A stretch of DNA of 63,005 nt, filler included, from Folioceros fuciformis (lineage: Eukaryota): NCBI GenBank assembly GCA_049999805.1. It is 3 parts of 3 records of this genome, joined end to end, with 100 filler letters (N's around TTAATTAATTAA, not from the genome) between each part and the next. Parts side by side here need not be neighbours in the genome. Positions count along the whole stretch, not along the records: positions 22,694 to 46,651 come from JBNGIO010006337.1; 2 more parts are not named here. The stretch is one strand, 5' to 3'. Of the stretch, positions 25,235 to 36,907 are shown one piece after another. Within the stretch, counting starts at the first letter, position 1. Every line of letters starts with the position of its first letter. Under the pieces are notes generated by a model that worked only from the letters and a program-made list of their open reading frames with translations, was not told the DNA's origin and did no database searches. Position numbers and translations under genes: made by a program.

Positions 25235-28030
25235 TTGCGGTCTGTGAATCAAAGAAGCATATTGTGCCCCCTCTCTGAACAAGGGGGCTGGAGTGCCCTC
25301 TGCACGGTGCGAAGGCAGCAGAGCGCAGCAGGGCGGAGTAGAGGCTGAGGTAGCTTATCCTGGTGGTGGGGGGTAAAAAGTGGGATGGCTACCTACGCCA
25401 TGCTCGATTCCAGCTCACCTTCTGTCACGTAGCGAGCGTAGAATAAATTTTTCCCGGGCCTTTGTGGGCCAGACAATGACGTACTCTTGTTATGCCCTGT
25501 GCTCCTTCTCCTCACCTTCCTTACCTTACCTTACCTTACCTCCCTTCTGTATTATATACTATATAGTTAAAAGTTAAGGACTAGAGATGTTTGGAGCTCG
25601 TCATGAGCGGCACATCCGTAATCCATATGCTGAAATGAGTCACTTGGTCGAAGATGTTGGTGTGGCCTGCGCCTACGGCTACGCCTGCCTGCCTGCCACA
25701 AGGCGCGCAGCGGGGCCCGGGGCAGTGGGATTGCTATCACAGCACAGCTACCGAGTGTGTGTGGTCCCCAGAATGCAGAGCAGGGAAGCGTAGAGAGTGG
25801 GGCCCGCCGCTGCCCGCTGCCCGAAGCTCGTAATCCGTGCAGGGAGGGAGGGGGTGTGGAGTGGCGGGCGGGGCCCCGGGTGTAACATGTACATAGAGTA
25901 GAGTAGAGTAGAGTAGAGCATCGCATTCCCCCAAGCTCAGGCTGCCTGCTAATCGGGAGGCAAAGGTGATAGATTAGGTGCGGGGAAGCGTGAGAAGGTG
26001 GAGCACATGCGAAGCGAGCGAGACGTGAATCGGAGCGGCACATGGCATTTGTCGCGATGTTGGTCCATCCCTGTTCACACTGGAGCCGTGTGAGCCGAAT
26101 TGGGTCGCTGCTGTGGACGTGGTGTGGGCCGAAGTCGGTCGCTGGTGTGGACGTGACTACGGTCAGTCACACGCAGGAGCCAGGCCCAGGCCCAGGCCCA
26201 GGCCACGGCCACGGCCAAGACACGGCGATATTTTGAAGCTGGGGGCCTAGGACTGGTGTGGCTTGGCCTGGCCTGGTCACCTGGGAGGAATCGGATGCAA
26301 TTAAGCTCATCACATCACATCACATCACATCACGGCACAGCACAGCACAGCACAGCCAGGCAGGGCCAGGCGGAACAGAAGAGAGCATCATCGCGGCAGG
26401 TAACTATCTACGACATACATGCCCTGCTGCTGCTGCTGCTGCTGCTGCTGCCACTGTTGCAGGCCCTTTGCTGCTGCTGCCGCCAGCGCAATAGGTATGT
26501 ACGATGGCAGTGTGGTACACGCAAGTGTCCTTGCGCCGTGTAAAAGTTGGAGTAACAGTGGAGGGAGTGGTAGGTGAAGGTCACCTCGCGCCCATGGACG
26601 TTTAGGAGGAAGGAAGGAAGGAAGGAAGGAGGGAGGCAAGGAGGAGAACAGAGCAGCAGCACCAGCAGGCGCCGGCTGGCAGAGGCTCCAGCGGAAATCA
26701 ATGTGTGAAAAGTAGCAGCGTCTTTGCAGCGGGATATGTGGCCAGTGGTGCGGAGTGGCCAAAAGTGCAGTCCTGGCCGCATTCGCAGCGATACAGTATG
26801 GCCATGGGCTGGGCATGGCAGGGAAGGGAGGCGAGGAGCAGCAGATGCCGCCGAATCCGATCCATTGGGAGGGCTTTGCGCTGTGGGAGCCAGATGACGC
26901 CAGAGAAGGAAAGCAGCTCGGCAAATTAGGGCAGATGCTCGTGGGGAAAGACGGTGAGGAAGCCGGGAATAGCAGGTGCCTATCATTTAATTTCATGGCC
27001 GGGACGGGGCCAAGGGCTTGTGTTATTGAGAGTCATTGGGTTATGTTTGCCCAACTGCTCCACATAAAGGCAGAGGGTGGTGGCATTCAAGGCCACGTAC
27101 AAGCTCTTCTGACATGCAATCCTCCGCACTGCCGCAACAGCTCAGCACAGCGGAAAGGTACTTCTGTCGCGAAGCTAGAATTGGAGGGAGGGGCCGCCTC
27201 TGCTCGCCTCCTCGCCTTCTGCGAGGAGCGTGGATGTTAGCGCCGCTCTGCTACTGCTCTCATTCTGCCCAATCCCGATCCCGATATCCCCGATTCGCTT
27301 CCACACCACTCTCCTCCTTGACCGCCCACGACTGCCATCCTGAGGACGCACACGTCGCCACGCTGTTCGCTCTGTGCCAACCGATGAAAATGCCTATCTC
27401 CTGTCCTCAGTCCCCGGAGTCCCGTTCCCCCTTCCAAGGGAGCCGGCCTTGAGGAGTGTGCTCCGGTAGAAGCTACATATGTACCCCTCCTGCAGCATCA
27501 CGCAAACGCCACGCCATGCCCCGCTCTGGCTCTAGCCCGGGCCCTGGCCCTGGCTGCTCAACAACAAACGCCGCTTTTGGAGGCGCGCGTCATCGACTAA
27601 CCTTCATTCCCCCTGCCTTGCTTGCCTTGGCCTGCCCTGACCTGACCATATGTCGTTCCCCATGTGGCATGTCCCCATGTACAATATTTCAGAAGCTGCT
27701 CGCGTGAATGTGTATATAGTGCGTGTTGTGCTTCGTGCCACCTTGAAGCTTGTTCTTCCTTGGTTTTCTAGGAGACAGCCCGACCGAAGGCACCTGCGCC
27801 TCTGGATTCTTAAAGAAAGGGAAAGGGGAAGAATGTAGAAGAACGGAGGAAGCAAGCAACTTTCGGTTCAAGAGGAATTAAACGCAGGGAGACGCATGAT
27901 ACATACATAGATTCTAACAAACGAGGCAGGTAACAGTCGAGAGAAAAATGGTGGCCCTGCGCTTGCGCTTGCCTGGAGCGGGGAGCAGTAGCCTGCAGCT
28001 CAGCAGGAATGGGGCCGATGGGCCGGAGGC

Positions 28031-28090
28031 CCGGGCCGGGGCCGGGGCCGGGGCCGGGGCCGGGGCCGCTGCCGCTGCCGCTGCCGGGGC
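28031..28090 (+). repeat. (GGGGCC)n hexamer run followed by (GCTGCC)n; G-quadruplex-prone
   Basis: ccgggccggggccggggccggggccggggccggggccgctgccgctgccgctgcc. Confidence 0.8.
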
Positions 28091-29578
28091 GAGCATGCCA
28101 TGAAAAGATTCTGTGTCGGCTGCGCTCTATCGTGGAGACAGTGTGCGAGCCACATGCGTGGCGCTCGTCACAGTGATGCGCTGTGACATTCTTCCGGGAA
28201 CCCCGTTGTCGTTTCCGGGCCCCAACGCTGACCAGGCTGCACCAATGTCACAAACACTATTGTATGGTTTGATACCATGCCCCTCTTTGTGAGATGGGGA
28301 GCCATGGCCACCAACCCACGTCCCTCTCTCTCGCTCCATCCCCATTGCACACGGCAGCATAAAAGCAAACATGCCGAGCTCCCGTTCTGCATCTCCATCT
28401 GCCTCCTCAGCAATCTCATGTATGGCCGACCTTTGGCGGGGTCGTCATAACTGTTTTACGAGGGACGACGCCTCCACTCCTTCATTGGACCGACAAACAT
28501 CACTGTTACGTATGTAAGGGCGTTTGCAAAGCCATAGCCCTGCCCTCCATAGGACCAGATCCACTGCAGGGACCGGAACCGGGTCCGGCTCCGGGGCCCA
28601 ACCACCTGGCTAGTACCTCTCCGCCTGCCCCTCACTCGGATAAGAGAGTGAAGCAAGCATTCCATACGGCCAGCTGCTGTTCCCAATACTCTCACCTCAC
28701 CCACTAAAGGGAAAAAGAGAAAAGGTCACAAGGAGAGAAAGCAAGAAAAGCAAAGCAAAGCAAAGCAAGAACCCCTGGTAACCCTATCCTACCCTACCCT
28801 ACCATGCTCCAGTCTTCCATATCCTTAGACCTACTTGCATGCCCCTTTGACCCGATCCGAGCAATTGCAACAACCACAACGCAACGCAGCATGGGCCATA
28901 ATCACGCGGCTCCGGCGGGACGTGAATCCCGACGCCACGGTCCCTCACGAAGAGCCATCTCAAATGCCTTCCCTCCCCCCGAGACACCGTGATAATCAGA
29001 GCTCTGCATTCTGGTCCCCTATTGCCGTTTCTTGCCTCACCCTAGGGGAGCAGTGACACCCCTGTGATCACTGCACTGATGCTGCAGGCATCATGACATG
29101 CTTCCCGTGCTTCGATGCCCTGCAGCAAGCGCAGTGCCGCGTGCAGCAGGCCAAGAGATGGCCCATGGCCAGGCGCTATTCATCACTACTACAAAGTAAT
29201 TGAAGGCACGAAACCCGAAGCGACAGGTCGACATGCTCATGTCTTCGTTTGCATCATGCTAAGCGCAAAGTCACCGTATCCATAATCTGGGGTCTAATAA
29301 CAGAGTGTCTGGCCGTAATGCATGCCGTTCCGGATCATTGTGATCTCACTGCAGCGTAACCGTAACTGTTTGTATTCTAGCTGTATACATCTACGGCGCG
29401 GAGAGGAGACACCGCAACTACCTTTCAAATGTTCTAAGCCACAAATGCAACGCATCCCGCGCATGTTGCTATTCCGAATTGCGTATGAAGCAACGTGCAC
29501 ACCCAACCGGAGTGAACAATTGAGTGCTTCGATTGAGTGAACTTGGAACAATCGGGTGGTCTCTAGATTCCAAAGATC

Positions 29579-30700
29579 ATGATGGAAGTTGGGTGTAGAA
29601 ATGCAGATGGTTCTTTATTCAGCCACAAACGTGCCCCTTCATTGTTAAGACTCCTTGCCCAAGACCTTTCTCAAAGAAAACCTTGGAATGGCAAGATGTT
29701 GTGCACACTGTCAAGAAGAAAGTTAGTCTCGTCAAAACTTGTTACATGCCATGAGAAGATATGTAGATTTCATCGTTGGGAAGGAGGCATCAAAATTCTT
29801 TGCAACGAAGTTGGTAAGGGTGAATGTGTGGACACGGTCAAGCATGAGGCAAAATGCAATCTCTCAACCACTCCTTGCCATTACATGAAATTCAGTTGTG
29901 CTTTTGGTTCCCGAAAATACAGTTTCACGGGAATCAAACATTTATGTTGATCTCACTAACAAACCAAAGACAAGTGCTAGCAGTAGGCGCTCTAAAGTGA
30001 TGTGTGGGGAGAGTAAGAAGCATGGATGCCAATTTTTGGTGTTTCTCAGCCAACTTGAAATGTTCCCTGATGTAGCTGAATTACGATTACATGAAACACA
30101 CCACATCGATTCCACAGGGCAATATTGTCATGGAGCGCTTACCATCAACTCAAGTCCAAATTGCATTCTAGCTTCTTACTTATCTATGGCCAAAAAGGAA
30201 GACATCAGCCTTTCACATCATGAGTCTGATGTTTTCTTACGAAAGCAAGGTGATCCACAAGCAGTGCTGCATAGGGATGATTTTCTCATTCCTAGTGACA
30301 TTAGGAATTCACAAGCTGAACTTGATGCCAAGGTATGGCATACCAAGAATAGAAGACCATGCCACAGACGTCATGCTAGGCATCTAGAGTGATTTTCAAA
30401 TGTAGACTATGCTCCGTTGGGGTCACAACTCGATCATTTATATGGATGCCACATTTGGCACCAACAAATGGAAGTTCCAGCTCTTCACAATTTTGGAATT
30501 TGATGACCACTTCAATGCCATTCCTGTGGCTTGGGTTGTCACATGTAAGGCCACATCATATACTATTTCAGAGTGGTTGCATTGCTTGCATGAGAAGATG
30601 GTACAACATTAGTCTACATGGCAAAATCATTCATTATTGCTTGCTGGAATCATGAATGTGTGTACATATACCATTTTTGTGATTATATGGGTGGACAAAA
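29579..30700 (+). pseudogene. MULE transposase remnant, truncated within the DDE core
   Basis: SKKHGCQ...H, RDDFLIPSDIRN, WGHNSIIYMDATFGTNKWKFQLFTILEFDDHFNAIPVAWVV; same family as 18550-20520. Confidence 0.8.
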
Positions 30701-31099
30701 GATGCTTCCACTTTAAGCCACATCTTTCGTTTTTTAAATATAGAATGTGGGGAAGTCTTATAAAAGCCAGCACGGTGCAATGCCTGCAGGGCAAAGTATG
30801 AAAGAAATAGTGGCAAGGGTGGTAGTTAGGAGGGACATTATCACTATAACCCCTACTATGGATAAGCAGGAGCAAATGACAAGAGCAGTAGACAATGACA
30901 AAGGCTTGTTTGCTGGTTGTAAATTCATGTTTGCATGAGAAGATGCGGGTATGGCCGTGTCTAGGACACCTATGAACAAACCTTTAATGCTTGGTGTTCT
31001 TGGGCTGTAAGCACAACATGGTTTTTCTACGTGTGGTCTAGCTAGTGTGCTCCTTAGCTCTGAAATGGCTGGAAACAAGTCCTCCACATACATTGCATC

Positions 31100-31495
31100 A
31101 GCTTGTAAAACAATAACGCTTGCAGGGTAGTGAGCAGTGGTTCTCTTAATGGAGAATAGGCAAAAGAAATGCCTTCTTTGCAACCTTCTGAGCAAAGTTG
31201 AGGCTTCTCCTCTCACTTCTTTCATACTAACCTCCTCCAAAGTCTACCTCATAAAATCCCTTCTGACTGCGAAAGCGGTTGCCCATGTCTTGGAACTTGA
31301 ATCTGCAAGCAGTAATCGTAAACGATAATGCAGCTTGCCACTTACAACTTCGTTACATTTTTTGCACCAACCATTTGGGGAGATCGCTGGGAAACAAGTA
31401 ACACACCCTCGATACACATCTGAGCCTGCATCATAATCCTCAACAATAATGCGCAGTAATACATAATCAAGTTGCATAGGTTTATCTTCTTCCAA
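31100..31495 (-). CDS. RPA70 C-terminal-like Zn-ribbon/OB-fold ORF inside the MULE (interrupted by one stop)
   Basis: VYRGCVTC...WCKKCNEVV...HYRLRLLLADSSSKTWATAF matches the Rep_fac-A_C pattern YxxCxxC...CxxC...YxLxxxxxDxSGxxWxTxF; continues past a TAG at ~31244. Confidence 0.65.
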
Positions 31496-32714
31496 CTAAG
31501 CAATCTCCAAGCGCATAACCAAGTTGCATAGATTTAGCTTCTTCCAACTAAGCGATCACCGCTTGGAGCTCAATCCTCACCGTGCGCTATGGAGCGTGAA
31601 CTACGAAGCCTGCTTTCGGTGCGCACTGCTACGCTGTCCTCTCAAAACACAAGCAACCACGCAATGTAACTTGATACGCGTTGTGAGGTATACGGCGTTG
31701 TCACGTAACTCGCGCAAGGTATTTGTGCTGTATACAAACAGCTGGAATACAAACAGTTATGGTTACGCTGCAGTGAGATTACAGTGGTCCGGAACGGCAT
31801 GCATTACGGCCAGGTACTCTCTGTTATTAAAGCTCAGATGATGGACACCACGGTGACTTTGCGCTTAGCATGATGCAACCTGACCATGCGACCTGACCAT
31901 GCGACCTGACCATGAGACCTGACCATGACGACCTGGCGCTTCGGGATTCGTGCCTTCAATTACTTTGTAGTGACGAATAGCGCCTGGCTGGCCCATGCGC
32001 CACAACCCATCTTCCATGGCCATGATTGTCCCAAGCATGGGTGCCATGGCACTGCCTCCACTCTGGGGCCTGGAGTATGGAGTCCGGACTCTCTGGCGAT
32101 CTCCAGTCTCTGGCTATGGCAGGAGTACGGCTGACAGCCAGAATCCGGCAGGGATCAGGGTTAGGGCTCGGGAATCGGACCCGACTCACGGTCGGACGGT
32201 GGCAGATGAAGCCACGCCTCTCGGTCCCCAGCAAAAGTGGCCACTTCGACCTTTCCCCAACTCTGACACCCTACTTTTCTGCCCGCCCTATGTGCTATTC
32301 TGGCCGCGTCTCGATCCCTTGCACGTTTGCCCTAACTCGGAACCTGGGCCCACCACCGCTACGCTTTTCTGTACCTTGTACTACCTACACAACAGTACAT
32401 ACGTACTGTATTATGCAGTTTCTGTCCATTTGACCTACACCGATTCTCATTCACCGAGCTCATTCACTTCGTACCTCCTCTTTTACTCCACCTACCACTT
32501 GAATACATACATACAAGCGTATACACACGGTGGGACTGCACACGTACGTACGTCCACGCTGGGAGCGTGAAGTGAAATGCAGTGCAGCGCATTGGAGCAC
32601 TTGGGTGCTAGGAAAGTGAAGTGACGTGGATGAGGTTTGTGTCCATGCTGGCCTGGCGTGGCACTTGGCGCAAGCTGGGAGCAGGAGCGAGAGCGTCGTC
32701 CTCATCCTGCGAGG

Positions 32715-35700
32715 ATGGCCATGGCCTCGGGCGAGCCCTGGTGGGATGTGGTGCAGCTGCGGCTGCCGGAGGTCCGCTTGGAGCATCTGCTTCGATGTGG
32801 TTTGAGGCTCGGTGATGCCCAGCTCCTGCTCCAGGCCTTGCACCGGGTGCTGGATCGTGCGGGCCGGGCTGGTCCCCCGGCCCTTTGGAGGGGAATTTCT
32901 CGGTTCCTGCTGCGGCCTTCGCATCCCTTCGACCTGCACCGGCTGCTCTACTCGTGCAGCTTTCGGGATTGGAATTCTGCGGAGCAAGGGCCTCCGCCCG
33001 CTTGGATGCCGTCTTTGTGAGTAAGCTGGTTATGTTGTGGATGTGTGTCGGGGGATGGATTTGTTTCTCACCTGGAAGGGGGCTGGGTGTGGGTTGAAAT
33101 CAGGGCATCCGCGGAGGATACCAACGTCGGCCGGATCCTCAAGTTGGAGGGTAGGCAGCTGCTGGGTGGTCGGTGTCAGGATGTGGTGTCGGGATTTGTT
33201 GAGTTGCAGAAGCTGTCCGTTGAAGATCCGGAGGTGGGGTTACGTGTGTCATTGAACTCGAGTGCCATGCGGTGATGGGATTATGGAGACTGACTGCCGG
33301 TGGTGTGCCTGGATTAGGCTTACTGGAGCCTTGTGCTGGAAGAGCTGGATGTGCCTTTTGTGGACCACCCGTCATGTATTGTGGATACCAGCACGTCTCC
33401 GGAGGGGACGTGGTTACCTGGGGCCACTCTCAATGCTGCCTCCTGGTGCCTGCAACCCAACTCTCGCAAGGATGGGCTAGATGTTGCAGTTCTGTGGAGA
33501 GATGAAGGGAACGATGACTGGTTGCAGTCTTTGACCCTGGATCAGCTCAGGGCAAGAGTCTGGTAACGAACGAAGCGTCTGATTACCACATGCTTTTACT
33601 CTGTCGCTGCCATTTGTCCGGTGAAGATGTAACGGCATCACAACGTCCTTGTTGTCTTTTTCCAGTCAAGTGGCAAATGCCTTGCGGATCTACGGCTTCA
33701 AGAAGGGCGATGCCATTGCCATTGACATGCCCATGACAGTGCACTCGGTCGTCATCTACCTGGCCATTGTCCTTGCAGGATGTGTTGTGGTTTCAATAGC
33801 CGACAGCTTTGCCCCAAGAGAAATTGCCACCCGCCTACAAATATCCAAGGCTAAAGCCATTTTCACTCAGGTATGCCCATTGCACGACCCATTCAACACT
33901 ACGTATTGCATGTATTTCTAGACAGACATGTCTTGACATTGTTGTCAGCTTATTGTGTTACCTCAATTTCATTCATGCTCTTCGCCTTGTGGTTCTTGAT
34001 AACTGCCTCAGGACGTCCTTGTGCGTGGTACAAAGACACTTCCCTTGTATTCGTAGGTACCCTGACTATCACCGTTGGATTCCTGATGTAATTCGGGCCA
34101 GTCTTTCACTCTTGGGCTGTGTTTCACAGTCGAGTTGTGGAGGCCAATGCTCCAGCTGCGATTGTAATCAACGAGAGGAGCCATAGCTTGCCTGTGTCCT
34201 TGAGGAAAGGTGACATATCTTGGGAATATTTTCTCGCTCTCGCTGATAGCCTTACCAGGTCTGTGCTTTGCCCATCCCATGATATTTTTCTTGCCTTGGC
34301 TGGCTGCGTACTTTTTCAAACTTCTTTCATTCATAATGACTTGCAGTCCATTCGAATTTGAGGCTGTCGTCCAGCCTGTGCAAGCCTTCTCAAACATTCT
34401 TTTCTCCTCTGGAACAACAGGCATACTCTTTGCTCATCCATCTCTTTAATAGCTCATTATCGTAGTAACACATTGCTGAAGATGACCACGGCTGGGCACA
34501 AGATTTTTCTCCTCTGTGACGCAGATTTTTTGTGACGGTTTCCATTCTGGTTTGCTCTGTGAGCTCTCAACCATGTCAGGGAGCTGATATATCTGAGATG
34601 GATTTTAACAGGAGATCCAAAAGCAATACCCTGGACACATCTTGCTCCTATAAAGGTTGCAGCAGATGCGTGGGCTCATCATGACCTAAGACGACGGGAT
34701 GTAGTTGCATGGCCCACAAACCTGGGATGGATGATGGGGCCGTGGCTTGTATATGCGGCATTACTGAACGGCTCAACCATTGCTTTGTACAACGGGCTCC
34801 CATCTGGCCGTGGGTTTGCCAAGTTTGTGCAGGTACCTCAGGAGGCACAACAAAGTGAGATGATTGAGCCATGTTGTCTGCGAATTTTAGCTGACCCCCC
34901 ACTACCACCACCACCGCCTGTTGATTTGCAGGATGCTAGGGTCACGATGCTTGGTGTCGTGCCAAGTATTGTGAAAGCATGGAAGAGCACGGATTGCGTG
35001 GCTGGATTGGACTGGTCCAGCATAAGGTGATGTCTTGGATGCGATTCTCTTCCATCCACTTTTGGTTCACATTATTGGGGTTTTTGCGTCTCTCAAGTTG
35101 GTTTCTCTGTTGAAAAGGTTCGAACTAACCTGATTTCATTCCTGTGAACTCTGTACCAGATGTTTCAGCTCGACAGGGGAGGCCTCGAATGCAGATGATT
35201 ACTTATGGTTAATGGGAAGGTCAAATTATAAACCAGTAATTGAATATTGTGGAGGAACGGAAATCGGAGGAGCTTTCGTCACTGGCTCTTTGTTACAACC
35301 CCAAGCATTAGCGGCGTTCAGCTGTCCAGCGATGGGATGTGCTATAACCCTCTTAGATGAGAGTGGGGTGCCCCTGGTGTGTGTCATGTTCACCTTCAAC
35401 ATTTCTGGCACGTCCTTCTTCCCTTGCTGTAGCCATGAAGTATACACTCAATGGCTATGTGTTACCTGTGCATTATGTGGTTGGCAGGCTGTAGATAAGC
35501 CAGGCATGGGAGAGTGTGCTCTGTATCCATTCATGCTTGGAGCTTCATCAACTTTGTTAAATGCAGATCACTTTCGGGTGTACTTCAAGGGCATGCCCGT
35601 GTACAATGGGAAGGTGAGAACTTCCAGGTTAGCTGTCACGTGCTTATAGTTTGGAGTCCCAGCATCTAACTTGTACATGGGCACATCTTGTAGATTCTAA

Positions 35701-36342
35701 GAAGACACGGGGATGAATTCGAGCGAACTGCAGGTGGGTTCTACCGTGCCCATGGCCGGGTGGATGACACGATGAACCTCGGAGGAATCAAGGTAAACAC
35801 TTCGTTACCCTTTCCAGCATAGACATCACGGATCAACGTGAGAGAAGTACAGGCAGCTTCATGTCTCGATGAACTTTTGCATGTTGATGAATTTGACCGT
35901 CCTGTCAGGTAAGCTCAGTGGAGATTGAAAGGTTGTGCAACAGTTCACATGAAAGTGTGCTCGAAACGGCAGCAATAGGTGTTCCTCCGGCAGGTGGTGG
36001 TCCTGAAGAGCTTTGGATTGTAACTGTGCTGAAGGGTAACCCTGCTAATATCTCTGTTAGGACGCTTAAGCAGTCTTACAGCCAGGCTATCCAAGCCAGA
36101 CTAAACCCTTTGTTCAAGGTGGTATCATTGCAATGACATTTCCCTATTCAAATACTGCAACGTTTGTATCTGCACCCACTGATCGAGGTCGTTGCTTGCA
36201 GGTGAGCCAAGTGGTGATAGTTCCATCACTTCCTCGAACAGCCTCCAACAAAATAATGCGACGAACACTTAGAAGTGAATATGCGAGTCGGAGCTTCAAT
36301 GCAGGGTCTGGACGCCGTCCACAGCATTTGTCGAGCTTATGA
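32715..36342 (+). CDS. AAE18: Acyl-activating enzyme 17/18-like, peroxisomal (PTS1 SSL)
   Basis: [98 protein letters not shown]-terminal SSL; multi-exon. Confidence 0.92.
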
Positions 36343-36907
36343 GAATGCACATGTGCCTCACAGCTCGAGTGCAGGCCCTGGACGTCGGCCCCAGTGGAAG
36401 CGAAGCCGATGAATTTTAGGAAATTTCAGGCTCACAGTCGCATACAAGGTGGAGCCAACCACCTTAATGCTCCATTACAAAATTTGATGTGACTGCGCTC
36501 TCTGGTTGGTGGAGACAGTACTGAGTTGCAACGGAGGTATTCACCACACTTGAACTACGGAGCATGTGCTCGTGAAGCGTCGCATGGCTGTCAAATCAGG
36601 AAGGGTGTGCTTCTCACGTTCTCCGGCAATCCACGGTTGAGGCAAGTCGGTGCACGGCAGTCCAGGGCGAAGTGATGAGGAAACGTGGAATCTTTCCCTT
36701 ACTGTACTACATACCAATTGCGAGGTTCTGGCAACATCCTGGGCACGGTGGCCAACCCATAGGAGAGGTTACCGGGTTAGGTTAGTGTGCACCAGTAGCC
36801 TCGCACGTCCCCTGTAGGAGGACCATTCATGGAAAATGCATACGAGCTTAGCATTATTATTTACACACGTCAAAGTCCTAGTATAGTACACACATGGTAA
36901 GAAATTT

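Larger units (their letters stand above)
29168..31988. mobile_element. Complete Mutator-like element (2821 bp) with long TIRs and 9-bp TSD
   Basis: TIRs ~29168-29389 and ~31729-31988 (GCCAGGCGCTATTC...GAATAGCGCCTGGC); flanking direct repeat TGGCCCATG at 29159-29167 and 31989-31997; internal MULE transposase remnant. Confidence 0.92.

Noticed and set aside
25567-27452. Several 130-200 aa ORFs downstream of Aux/IAA
   Set aside because: They run through microsatellites in multiple frames and show no recognisable domain or splice structure.
27593-27613. miR166-like sequence (tcgactaaccttcattccccc)
   Set aside because: Only the 3' half matches miR166 and no complementary star arm was found nearby.
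29184-31972. CACTAC...GTAGTG suggesting CACTA transposon termini
   Set aside because: Inverted homology continues 16 bp further out to a perfect 9-bp TSD and the transposase is MULE-type, so the element is Mutator-like.
34861-34881. miR171-like start (tgattgagcc) in an AAE intron
   Set aside because: The match is only ~10 nt and no hairpin is evident.
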